Both the position numbers and the translations under genes were made by a program. Of a stretch of 64,000 bases of DNA, positions 13,003-24,577 are shown in pieces. Origin of the DNA: Nemertoderma westbladi. Lineage: Eukaryota; Animalia; Xenacoelomorpha. The notes beneath the pieces were generated by a model, which saw only the letters and a program-made list of their open reading frames with translations, did not search any database and was not told the origin of the DNA. Each line of letters begins with the position of its first letter. Position 1 is the stretch's first letter. The stretch is taken from NCBI GenBank assembly GCA_032718475.1, contig JAUCBJ010008503.1, positions 1 through 64,000 on the forward strand, written 5' to 3'.

Positions 13003-13490
13003 GATAGACTTTGCTGATGACTTAGGAGTACTCTCAGAATCATTAGAGGGAGCCCAACGGCTCCTCAGCTCATTAGAACATTCTGCTTCTAGTGTTGGTC
13101 TTTTTATTACCTCCAGAAAGACCACAATTTTGACAGTTAACTTTGAAAGTCCTCAGCAAGTCTCTGATCGGATGAGCATAAGCTCAAAGGATGGTATGCT
13201 TGAGCATGTGGACAACTTCTGTTACCTGGGATCATGGATCGGGAAGTCAGGTGAGGACCTTCGAATACGTAAGGGAAAGGCATGGGCAGCCTTGAATAGG
13301 CTTTCCAGGATTTGGAAGTCACCGAGAATTAATCGGAAACTCAAGGTCCGATTATTTAGAGCAGCAGTAGTTCCAGTACTCCTCTACGGGAGTCCATGCT
13401 GGGCTCTAACTGCTGAGGACACCAAATCTCTGGATGGCACATTCACAAGAATGCTACGCCGGGTTCATTGTGTCAAGTACAATGCACACA
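13003..13490 (+). mobile_element. Internal RTE LINE fragment, same family as 3970-5025
   Basis: DFADD...FCYLGSWI...VLLYGSPCW (ORF 13130-13522), nearly identical to the reverse complement of ~4495-4990. Flanked by a 27-bp direct repeat. Confidence 0.88.
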
Positions 13491-15361
13491 TTAGTTTGGA
13501 AACCTCAATGTTGATCACTTGAGGATTTTCGAATGGGTGGAATGTCTGAAAGATTAAATACACTTCTCCCATTTCGTTGTTTGTAATAAAATAAGCTGAA
13601 TATTGTCATATCCTACTGTACATATACTGTACAGTATGTACTAGAGACCACAAGCCGCGTCTATATGATTACGTTGATCAACGTCTGCAATTCTCTACCC
13701 TAGTGTGGTGAATTATTATTTCTACTACTGTAAGATCTGTAATGTATAACGATCTTATCGATTCTCATACTGTAGAGATCTTGTCCATTCTGGCATCGCC
13801 TGTATGTGAAGATCATAATAAGTTCCTTGCAGAAATTCCCTTGACCTGTACAGATCTTACCAGATCCCCTTTTAGTTTATCAAAAATGTAAAATGTTCTA
13901 AAATTATTGCTGTTGTTTCGTTAAAAATTAATTAATATAAAGGCCATAAAGTTCGCCCATGTGAATAATACCAGGATTTCACTTTTCGGTCGACATTTTA
14001 TTGGAATTTTATGTATGAAGATTTTTTATTTTTTTTAATTTATCTTTTTGATACGTCTCGTTTTGATACGGCTAAATTTCGTTTATTGTTTTGGTTAGAT
14101 TCAGTCCTTTTGTAACCTGTGATTTTAATGAAAACCTGGGATTCTTCACATGGGGGCAACTGCAAAGTTAAATATATAACGGCAGAAAGTGTTTACATGG
14201 GCCCAAGATTAAAATAAAGCTGCTGAAAATAATGTTACAGTTCTTTTTCTTGTATTCTATGATACATAAAGGATAATTACATTATTATAATTGCATTAAA
14301 CATACTGTATAATATAGAACTTATGTCCATTAACTTTGTACGAATTATCTGCATTGCTATTCCCATAACAGAAGTTTCCAATGCGATTTCGTCGTTAAGG
14401 CTGTGACGGTGACCCCCCTGTGTATCAATACCGTTTTCATTTTCACCACAATCCCAAACAGCGCCAGTTTAGTTTTATACTGTAGCTTGGATCGTTCGTC
14501 AATAGTCTCTGCGTCTCTCCTTTGTATATTTATTGCTAAATTCATCAATTATTCTAGAACCAACCTGCAATAAATATAAAACGTTAGTTTGTTATTTTCA
14601 TAATTGCTCAGCAGTGGGGGCAACATACAGTACATGAAACATTTAAAAGCTCATATCTCAGCAATTCCTCGAAGAGTTTGTTACTGTACATATTGTAATT
14701 TGTGGAAGTTTGGTGCCATACAGTAGGTATAGTTTGGTGTAAGTTGGATGCAGAGTGGAAGTGCAGTGGAAGTTGGGTGTAGTGGGGTGGAACTGTGTGG
14801 GTGTAGTTGGCTGAAAGTTGGGTGTAGTTGGGTGTAGTTGGGTGAAAGTTGGGTGTAGTTGGGTGTAGTTGGGTGAAAGTTGGGTGTAGTTGGGTGTAGT
14901 TGGGTGAAAGTTGGGTGTAGTTGGGTGTTTAGGCTGACCGCTTTTCAATAGGGGGTACCGGTACGCGGTACATACTACTGACATAGGCAGATAGGGTAAT
15001 TAAAATTAAGTAGGCCTTTTGCATATCTCAGTATCTGCATATGTATTCAAATTTTATACAGTCTGACAGTAGAGTACCGGTACCGGTACCGCGGTAGGGC
15101 TTGTCAGTCAGCATGTAGGGCCTAACTGCCTAATGTCACCTGAGTGTATTTTCAAGTGTAACTGTAAATGCTGAAATGTACCGGTACCGGTAGTATAAAA
15201 ATAAAAATTTTAATATTAACAATGTTGATGTTGCATTTACATTTATTATCTGATTTTGTCAGGCTGTCAGGCTGTCAGGGCTGGCAAAAACCTTAGGTTT
15301 TTCAAAATAATAATTAGCTGCCAAACGGGACCAAGCAACTATAACAAAGGCAAACCAACTA

Positions 15362-15775
15362 CAGTCAGGAACACTGGTCACAATATGTCCAATTTACAGC
15401 CAGAATGTGTCCGCGGAAAACGCTCTCAGAGTGAAATTTCTCCATAGAAAACAATGCTAAATTTCATTTGAAATCCGGCAGTGAAATTTTAACATTGGCA
15501 TTCTAAAAATTATGCCATTAGAATCGCCATAAAATTCTGTATAAATTAATTTGAGAATTAGAATCTCATCTTTGGGATAACTATCATAATATTAAAAATA
15601 AAAATGTGCCCAGCTTCTGCTTTGAGTACTAGTGGAGTTACAGCCAAAATATGTCCGGAAATATAATCGCAGCCTGTGAAGGACAAATAGTGGCTGCACG
15701 GACACTTTCTGGCTGTGAATATGTGGACAATTTTTGGCTGAGCTTCAGCCAGAAAATGACCAGTGTTCCTAACTG
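15362..15775. mobile_element. MITE with CAGT...ACTG ends and 5-bp TSD (family A)
   Basis: TIR CAGTCAGGAACACTGGTCA / TGACCAGTGTTCCTAACTG; TSD AACTA. Removal restores the Gypsy gag frame. Confidence 0.9.
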
Positions 15776-15780
15776 AACTA

Positions 15781-16052
15781 ATGACAACAGGGGAATCAAT
15801 ATCCCGCATCAGTACGTATCGGAAGGAAAAAAATTCTCACCGTATACCTGGAGGCAGGGAGGGGATAACCAGAGTGGCACCACCTACAGGCAACCAACAA
15901 ATGCTAACAATTACCCTAGATGCAACCGCTGCAACAGATGGATACATTCCGATAGACGACAGTGTCCTGCAATCAATGCCCAATGTGATATATGTGGTCG
16001 ATTTGGCCACTTCCGTGCAGCATGCAACCCAAACCAGCGACCTAATAAATAA
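15781..16052 (+). pseudogene. Gypsy gag C-terminus with double zinc knuckle (frameshifted)
   Basis: 15921-16025 translates as CNRCNRWIHSDRRQCPAINAQCDICGRFGHFRAAC in a frame different from the track ORF 15763..16257. Confidence 0.85.
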
Positions 16053-16250
16053 CTATAGCAACAGGTCTGATTATGCTCCCAGCGATAATCGTCGACAATG
16101 GGTTCAGACTGACCGTAATCCCCGTAATCCCAGAGAAGAAGAACCAAGAAACACCCGCATCAATGTACAATATACAGACGAAACGGACGAGTTCAACGCT
16201 TGGGATCCAGACCAACAATTCAGCTATGAATCTGACAATACAATGCATTA

Positions 16251-17617
16251 CAGTTAGGTACAATGGCCAAATCTGGCAACCTCAAAAGTTGCCACATATG
16301 GCAATGTTTATTGCCAAATCTGGCAACTTTTGGTTTTTCTAATTTTCGCACGCCCAGAAGCAAAATCGCATTTTGGTAAATAGGTAAGTGAAAAGAGCGC
16401 GAAATTTAAATATAATTGACCGTATAAGAAAAAAAATCATCGTCTGAATTTCTCTTAGCAATAGGCCGAAATGTGCCTAAAATAATTATTGCCATTTTTG
16501 GCAACCATTATAATTAAAGAAAAATAATGGTTGCCATTTTTGGCAACAATTATCATTATGCACCCCTGTCAGTAACTCTGTCATTGTAAATTACTTCAAA
16601 ATTGCTTACTTCTTGCTTACCCTTGTCGAGTTGTTATGATTTATAAACAAAACATTAGTTGATGAAATGTCAGAATGTATTTGATATGTTGTTAATATGT
16701 TAATGGAAAGATGGATGAGTCTGTAACAGATACCGTGGACTGGTAGACTGGTATATGGTATAGGCATAAACAAAACTAAAGAATCACATGCTTCAAAGGC
16801 TGAAATGGAAATAAATGTAATAAAATTTGACAACGTCAGAGGTCAGAACGTGAACATCACCAAAAGGAAGCAAGAAGGCAAGGGGGCATTAAAGTTTGAG
16901 AAACGGCGTGACAGACTGACAGAAGAACAATAGTGTCAAAATTTAGAAAGACTGAGAAAACCAAAACGCGTGTTAAGGGATTCAACCAAATTGTTTCTAG
17001 TAGGCCCTAATGAAAAACGGGATGAAATTATTATCATTATATGTCTGTCTGTATGTCCTGATGTAGGAATGGAATGATAGATATACTGAACTGATATAGA
17101 GTGAAGGATGATTTAGATTGCTGGGCAATTGTATCAGCATTACACAGTTACAATCTTTAACTACTAAACTATTATTCTGTTATTGGTACAAACAACAATC
17201 AACCACCTCCCCAAGCAGCACCAGAGATTACTAGCAAGATTACCAGTCAGTCTGTGTTTGTATTATTGACTCTCATTCTCACCTCATTTATTAGGATATA
17301 TTGCTGTATTGGTTAGAACTTAGAATATGCCACTACCAGTATAAGTATAACCTGTAACCTGGCCCTATCCGTATCCCTTTTTTCTAGGCCTAACATTAAC
17401 ATTTCAGGATCTAAGGAATGACCATACTGCCATAGAAGGACTTAATGACGCAGAACCATAATAAGCCATATTCAATGAGTTAGTTAAGTTGCCAAATATG
17501 GCAACAACGGCTTTATATAGTTGCCAAATCAGGCAATCAGAAATGTTGCCAGATTTTGCTTGGTTGCCAAATGTGGCAATCACAATCATTGCCAGATTTG
17601 GCCATTGTACCTAACTG
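16251..17617. mobile_element. Non-autonomous DNA element with CAGT...ACTG ends and 5-bp TSD (family B)
   Basis: 29-bp TIR CAGTTAGGTACAATGGCCAAATCTGGCAA; TSD CATTA; subterminal TTGCCA-N5-TGGCAA palindromes. Confidence 0.92.
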
Positions 17618-17675
17618 CATTACACTGGGCTTAATATCCACTGATTTCCCCAATCAAATCTTCACTTGCATCAAT

Positions 17676-20517
17676 CAGTCGGTGAGAAGTCAAAAATTGG
17701 ACTTGAGTCCAAAATTGGACTTCGACTCCATTTCAAGTCCAAAATTGGACTTCTGTGAGTCCAATATTGGACTTCAAATCAGCCAATTGTTCCAGGGCCT
17801 TGGGTAATGGATCGGGCGGGATTTTTTTTTATTAATCGAAAATATATCAAAAAATAAGAGTTTTGAACAGGGGGACCTGAAATTCACCAGGGGGAACTTT
17901 TTTATAAGGCTTTGAATTTTTACAAAAGTCCAATATTGGACTTTAAGTCTAATTTTGGACGTGACATTGAGAATCAAACTTACAGGTACATGAAGCATGA
18001 CAGATGAGAGACAGCCAGACAGCTATTAAGTTATGGAAAGTTACCTTTGTAGCTCTGTATGTATCTACAGTGTACTGTACTTAGAATATAGGCTAAATGG
18101 TACCTACATTCTAGCATTCTAGGTACTTTACTTTTAGCATATTGTTTACATTCATGTTATGTCTAACCTTACACCTTACAGGGGTCCGTCTAAAAGCCAC
18201 ATCGGACCCAATCGGTACCACATCGGACCCAATCGGTACCACATCGGTACGACATTGGAACAAATCGGCACCACATCGGACCCAATCGGTACCAAATCGG
18301 ACCAAATCGGTATCACATCGGACCTTATGGGTACCACATCGGACCCAATCGGTACCACATCGGACCCAATTGGCACCACATCGGACCCAATCGGTACCAA
18401 ATCGGTATCACATCGGACCTTATGGGTACCACATCGGACCCAATCGGTACCACATCGGACCCAATCGGTACCACATCAGTACCACATCGGACCAAATCGG
18501 TACCACATTGGACCAAATCGGTACCACATCGGTACCACATTGGACCAAATCGGTACCACATCGGACCTTATGGGTACCACATCGGACCCAATCGGTACCA
18601 CATCGGACCCAATCGGTACCACATCGGTACGACATTGGAACAAATCGGCACCACATCGGACCCAATCGGACCAAATCGGTATCACATCGGACCTTATGGG
18701 TACCGGGCATCGGACCCAATCGGTACCACATCGGACCCAATCGGTACCACATCGGACCACATCGGGGCCACTGCAACCTGCTCCTTTCCCTAAATTGAGA
18801 ATATAACATTGAGGCGGGATATTAATTCGCCAAGATGGGATTTGCGTCCAGTCCCCCCCCCCCCCCCCCCGTTTCAAATTATTTCAAACAATGCATTTGA
18901 TAACGTTTTCTCTTTCAAACTTCTTGCCTTCCCTTCCGCAGACTGGAGAACTGAAGATTGTCTCTAGTGCATGTGTTATATATCAGTCAGTCAGTATATA
19001 GTACAGTATAGTATAGTATAATTATACAAATACAATAACTGCCAAGCTCATTGTGTATACCTGCAGACGGGTACAGTACTGTATAAGTAGGGGCAATAGT
19101 CTCTGCATTAGATATTGTAGTATCTAGTACCTACTGCAGTGCAGTACCGGTTACCAGCCTGACATGTTGTCAGAAAGACTAACAATTACTGAATTACTGA
19201 TACGAGTTTGGTCAGTTGGCTGGTTGGTGCTGGAACTTGTTATTTACATCCTAAATTGCTATTTTATGGCCGATGTGGCTCCGATGTGGCCCCGATGTGG
19301 TCCGATGTGGCCCCGATGTGGTCCGATGTGGTCCGATTTGGTCCGATGTGGTACCGATTGGGTCCGATGTGGCTTTTAGACGGACCCCCTTACAGCCTTA
19401 TGTACCCAGGGCCAGGATTTTAGAGCAGTAGAGTCTTTAGGACTAGATTAGATTATGCTCCAACAAATATTTAATTACAAATTATATTTGGTGGAAACTG
19501 GAAGCAATGCCAGGTTTGCTAACTGCAGCTGGTGCTAAGGCTAACTACAGTACAAGCTACGATTTCGTCTAAGCCTATGGGAGCCCTATCCTGCTATCAG
19601 AAAGAAATACTACAAGTTGATGCTACCACCATCTCTTCTAATTTTTCCATACAACAGGAAGGGTGTTTTAAAACAGCTGTATAATGAAAGGGGATTAGTA
19701 ACTGATTAACGTGTTGGGGTCTCCACATAATAAGTACAGAAGTAAGAAGTAACACACGTCATAATTATAAACCAATTGAGGGAAAGGAACAGGTTACAGA
19801 GGCAGGCTTTTCTAACTAAAACAATAAACGGCCACTTTTGACTATACCAATTGAAGGAGCCTTATCACCTCACCACATACTACTACTACAATCGGCATGC
19901 TGCATTACAGCTGCATTATATATATAGACCCTATTACTGTATTAAGAATGCTGTGCCGGCTTGTTGACATAGTGTCTGGTTGGAGATGCTGAGATGTGCT
20001 GTGTATATTGTACTTGATACAGTGAACCTAATCAAAACAATTACTCAATAAACATTAACTCAATTACATAATAGGTTACAGTTTCTAGTAGTCTTATTTT
20101 TGCCATACGAAAATACCACAGGTATGGGTATGAATGAAATATACAGCTATAACTCAACTACCGCTACTGCGGTATACACCGCTAAGGCAGTAAGGCTACC
20201 GCAAAGCCATACCACTACCGCAAAAAGTGACTACTGATGTCTGACTGTACGTGTGCGATCCCTGCTTATAATACTTATAATAATTAATTTGATCATTAAA
20301 ATGATGTTGCATTGTAATTATGTAATATATATGTACTGATACGGGATGCAGTTTTGATTTAAATACCGATATACGATACCAGTTGCCAGTATGGCAGCAT
20401 GGGTACACTTGGCTGCTTGGAGTTGTACTAAAGTCCAATATTGGACTTTGGAGTCCAAAATTGGACTTGAAGTCTAAAATTGGACTTGAAGTCCAATTTT
20501 TGACTTCTCACCGACTG
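17676..20517. mobile_element. Non-autonomous DNA element with CAGT...ACTG ends and 5-bp TSD (family C, copy 1)
   Basis: TIR CAGTCGGTGAGAAGTCAAAAATTGGACTT; TSD TCAAT; subterminal AGTCCAA-N3-TTGGACT palindromes; carries an RTE 3' fragment. Inverted second copy at 46723-48676. Confidence 0.93.
18182..19387. mobile_element. GGGT-ended foldback/MITE with ~21-bp subterminal array, nested in family C copy 1
   Basis: TIR GGGTCCGTCTAAAAGCCACATCGGACC; 8-bp TSD CCTTACAG; empty site present in copy 2 (~48145-48156). Confidence 0.9.
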
Positions 20518-20528
20518 TCAATGATACC

Positions 20529-23214
20529 ATGGCAGATGACAATATCACAAATAAATGGATCAAAATCCGCGACGAATTTCCAATACTATTCGACGGCAAA
20601 GTTCGCCAAATGTATGGCCCATCAGTAAAAATCCACATTCAGGACGGCGCTTATCCTGCCAAAGTATATACACCTCGTCAGATACCAGTTCCATTACGTA
20701 ACGCAGTCAAGAAGGAACTAGAAGCTATGTGCCAAGGTGGGATAATAGAACGTGATGATGACAGTGCTCCAGATTGGGTAGCACCCATGGTAGCAATACC
20801 AAAAAAGCGGCATGGTGACGAACCACCCACCGTTCGCATAACAGTTGATTTTCGCTCACTCAACAAATCATTAGTAAGACCTGTGTTCCAAGTTCGTTCA
20901 CCCCGTGACATTGTCAGTAGCATCCCAACATGGGCGAAATACTTTACAGTAGTCGACGGCCTTAAGGGCTACTGGCAGGTTGGACTACACCCTGATAGTA
21001 GACACTATACATCATTCATAACACCATTCGGTCGATATAAGTATACACGCCTACCAATGGGCATCGCTTCAGCAGCAGACGAGTATAATGCCCGCGTATT
21101 CAAGGTGATCGATCCGATACCATGCGCTGAAAATATCGTAGAAGACATAATAATATTTAGTCATACTATGGAAGAACATATCATTGATGTCCATACTGTA
21201 CTACAACGATGCGCAGAATACGGGATATCACTTAACTCTAAAAAAGTTCAATTCTGCCAAACAGAAGCCAAGTTTGGAGGCTTTCTTGTAGCACAGGGAA
21301 AATACCGCATTGACCCTGACCTAACAAAGGATATTCGTGAATTTCCCACACCATCATGTCGAACAGACCTCAAATCCTTCTTAGGACTGGTTAACCAAGT
21401 GGGTGATTTCGATCCAAACCTCACCAAATTAACAGAACCACTTCGTGGATTGGACAAAAATAACATCGAATGGAACTGGAACGATTCTCATCAGCAAGCC
21501 TTTGAAATAGCTCGCATCGAACTTGCCAAACCACGATTCCTCAGTTACTACGACCCATCTCGCCCAACACGTCTCCATGCTGATGCATCACGGGAAGGTG
21601 GACTCGGGTTTTTACTTTACCAACACGATCCAACCGACAAACGATGGAAAGTGATCCAAAGTGGGTCACGGAAGCTGGCCAAGTCTGAACAGAATAGTTG
21701 GGCAATTATAGAACTTGAGTGTCTCGCAGTGCTCTGGGCCATCGATAAATGCCGAATGAAACTGGAGGGTATGTCCCAATTTACAGTCTTAACAGACCAC
21801 CTACCACTGGTGCCAATACTTAATACAAAGCGGTTGGATCAAATCGAGAATGTACGTCTCCTGAAAATGCGGATGAAACTGAACCGATACTGTTTCACAA
21901 CACAACACATACCTGGAAAATTTCAAGCAGCTGCTGACGCACTATCGCGAATCAATAAACATCCTGCATCAATCGATGACATCATGATTCAGGATGACGA
22001 AGGGCACACCGCCCGAGCCCAAGTCGCCGCTCTGACCCTAACCGAAAATAAACAAGAGGTTGACTTAGCTCTTCAACAAATACTAGATGCAGGCAAGATA
22101 GAAAACGAATACATCGAACTTCGGAAAGTAATAAACAATGGATTCCCTCAATATAAGAGCGAGTTAAGCGAATCTTTACATGCTTACTGGCCCAATCGAA
22201 ATGAACTCTGTATTGACGACCACGGCATTATTATCAAAGGCCATCAACTTCTCATACCACGGTCCCAAAGACGAAGAGTACTTAATGACATACATGCATC
22301 ACACCAGGGCCTTACGAAAACATTGGAACGTGCCCGCAATTCGGTTTGGTGGCCCAACATCACCAATGACGTATCACAAATGGTACGCAACTGTCAGTGC
22401 GCACAATTCCAACCAAGCCAAGCGGCTGAACCACAGCAAGACCAGCAACCAGCAACTGAACCCATGGACCGTCTTCATGTGGACTTCACCGCCTATGCAG
22501 GAAGGAAATTCATCATCATCGCTGATGAATTCTCAGGATGGCCATTTATCATTGATATGGGTTCCAAAACAGACGCACCAAGAGTTATTGAACAATATCG
22601 CCGTCTCTTTGCTGATTGGGGTGCACCCCGACATATGAAATCCGACGGTGGACCTCCATTCCTTAGTAAGGCATTGGCTGAATTCTACCGCGAGTGGAAT
22701 ATTGACCATAAGACATCATCACCTCACCTCCCTTCCACCAATGGAAGAGCTGAAAACGCTGTGAAAACTGCCAAGAAACTGATCAAAAGCTGCTGGGACA
22801 TAGACAAACAGAAAGTCAATGAACAAGATTTCCGTAAAGGGCTGCTAGCTATTCGTAACTCGGATAAAAATGGAGGACCATCACCGGCTGAGCGATTCTT
22901 GGGCCGACGTTTACGCGAAACGTTGCCTCGACACCCTGAGGCTATGATCCATGATCAGGTCACCCGTTCTAACCGTGAAATTCGTGAATCATACAGACAG
23001 GAAAGGGCTGAAGAAGGGTACAATTCCCATACAAAGTCACTGCCCCCATTGACAACCGGAACAGCTGTTTTAGTGCAGAATCCAGATTCAAAGCTGTGGA
23101 ACACCAAAGCCATTGTTAAAGAATGTAAACCATATCATGAGTATATCATCAAACTCCCCAACAACCGAATCCTACGCCGACATCGCCGTTTTTTACGTCC
23201 TATTCATAAAAATC
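20529..23214 (+). CDS. Gypsy Pol core: reverse transcriptase, RNase H, integrase
   Basis: RITVDFRSLN, DGLKGYWQ, TPFGRY..LPMG, RNase H DAS/IELE/TDH/ADALS, integrase H..H, HVDF, SDGGP, STNGRAE. Track ORF residues beyond 23214 are read-through into an insertion. Confidence 0.93.
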
Positions 23215-24436
23215 GGGTCCTACTAAATACTACAAAAAGCACAAAACAAGCACAAAAAAGCACAAAAAAGTCAAGAAAAGCACAAAAAAGCACAAAAAAG
23301 GTAAAAAAAAAGCACAAAAAAGCACAAAAAAACAAACTGATAGCTGTTTATTGAGCTTGTAATAGAACAGATGATAGAATCAATATCATGTAGTATTACA
23401 GGTATTAAGTTATTACACTGTCAGACTGTTACAGGTACATGTAGTATTATTGTCATTACAGGTACAGCCCTACCCCGAGCACCATGGCTGCCTGGTGCAA
23501 TATCAGGCTAATGTCAGAATGTAAACATGGTTCAATTCAAATATCAGGATAGAACTTATAATACTGTAATAGACTTTGTTATTGTCACATTGTCAACTTA
23601 TCAGCGTTCTGGTTAATTACTTGTAACGATGTGGGAGATGTAGCGACGCAGCATAGGCGCTTGTAAACTGGATGTCAGTGTTGACCGAAATCGCGATTAT
23701 TCTGTTATTGGAATGCCTTTATTCACCGATAAATCGACATACTGTACAATTATCACATCACGGTCTGCCCGAACCTCTCGAGTGGGCGATCGATAACGTC
23801 TGAGGACAAGTATGATGATATTAGTCATAGTCATACTTGCAAGAATCTCGCCTTCTGTCTTGAATCTGCCTTGGTTACGATATCTGCGTCTGTTGGAAAC
23901 ACAGTTCCTGCCTGGGGTTAACCACTGCTGTTGTAACACTACTGTATACTTTGAAATTTCTATAATAACTGCCAGATTGTTTGCAATGTTGTTTAGGAGT
24001 TCATGCGTACTTATCTTATATATCAATATTCTATTTTATTTTACCTTAATTTACGACCCCCATGAGTGCCTTAGATCCTGGGTGTTCTTTCCCACGATCG
24101 TAATTTACTGTAGTTTTATTAAGCTATTAATCTATACTGTATATATGTGTTTTATTATGTTTTTTTTATTGTGATTTTAATTACAAATACACTTTGCAGT
24201 ATTGTGGCCTTTACATACTGTAGGTCAGAACGTTGCAAATTAATCAATCATAGGCGTATGGGTTACCTTCGTATGTGGGGGGTGTCTGTTTTTTGTACTT
24301 TTTTTACTTTTTTTGTGCTTTTTTTTTACTTTTTTTGTGCTTTTTTTTACTTTTTTTGTGCTTTTTTGTGCTTTTCTTGACTTTTTTGTGCTTTTTTGTG
24401 CTTGTTTTGTGCTTTTTGTAGTATTTAGTAGGACCC
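23215..24436. mobile_element. GGGT-ended foldback element (MULE-like)
   Basis: TIR GGGTCCTACTAAATACTACAAAAAGCAC with inverted AAAAAAGCAC arrays; 9-bp TSD ATAAAAATC. Confidence 0.9.
23622..23938. mobile_element. Probable solo LTR (unrelated family) nested in the foldback element
   Basis: TGTAAC...GTAACA ends; flanks TTACT/CTACT (5 bp, one mismatch); compositional shift relative to the host. Confidence 0.5.
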
Positions 24437-24577
24437 ATAAAAATCCAGTATCTGGAGTCATAAAGCCACAACAAACACCTGACGTGAACCAAGATTCGAC
24501 CTCAGGTAATGATAACCAACCAATAACAAGAAACGAGGAATTATCCACACACACGACCCAATCACCACAGTCACAAC

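Larger units (their letters stand above)
10152..14940. mobile_element. Foldback-type (MULE-like) DNA element with ~850-bp TIRs
   Basis: GGGTCAGCCTAA...TTAGGCTGACCG termini, 9-bp TSD CTTTTCAAT. Inverted CACCCAACTA/CACCCAACTTT arrays. 10152-~11000 is inverted at ~13880-14940. A third array lies at 12430-12720. Confidence 0.88.
5906..14955. mobile_element. Possible outer non-autonomous TIR element hosting later insertions
   Basis: Left end CCCGCCGTATTGAAAAGTTTTA..T.CGCCGA matches the right end reconstructed across the 10152-14940 insertion (TTCGGCGCAGAAAATAAAACTTTTCAATAGGGGG). Flanked by TA on both sides. GC-rich GCCGGCGCAG subterminal repeats at 5935-6195 and 9850-10132. Confidence 0.5.

Noticed and set aside
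16251-17617. Introner-like behaviour of CAGT elements (CA|GTTAGG donor-like end)
   Set aside because: No matching acceptor at the other end, and none interrupts a host gene in this window.
18142-18877. Repetitive ORFs here and at 10150-10395, 25497-26123 and 33267-33801
   Set aside because: They lie in tandem arrays of foldback elements or satellites and are open on both strands.
23215-23354. Lysine-rich C-terminus of Gypsy Pol
   Set aside because: Read-through into an inserted foldback element; the true C-terminus resumes at 24446 and ends near 26772.
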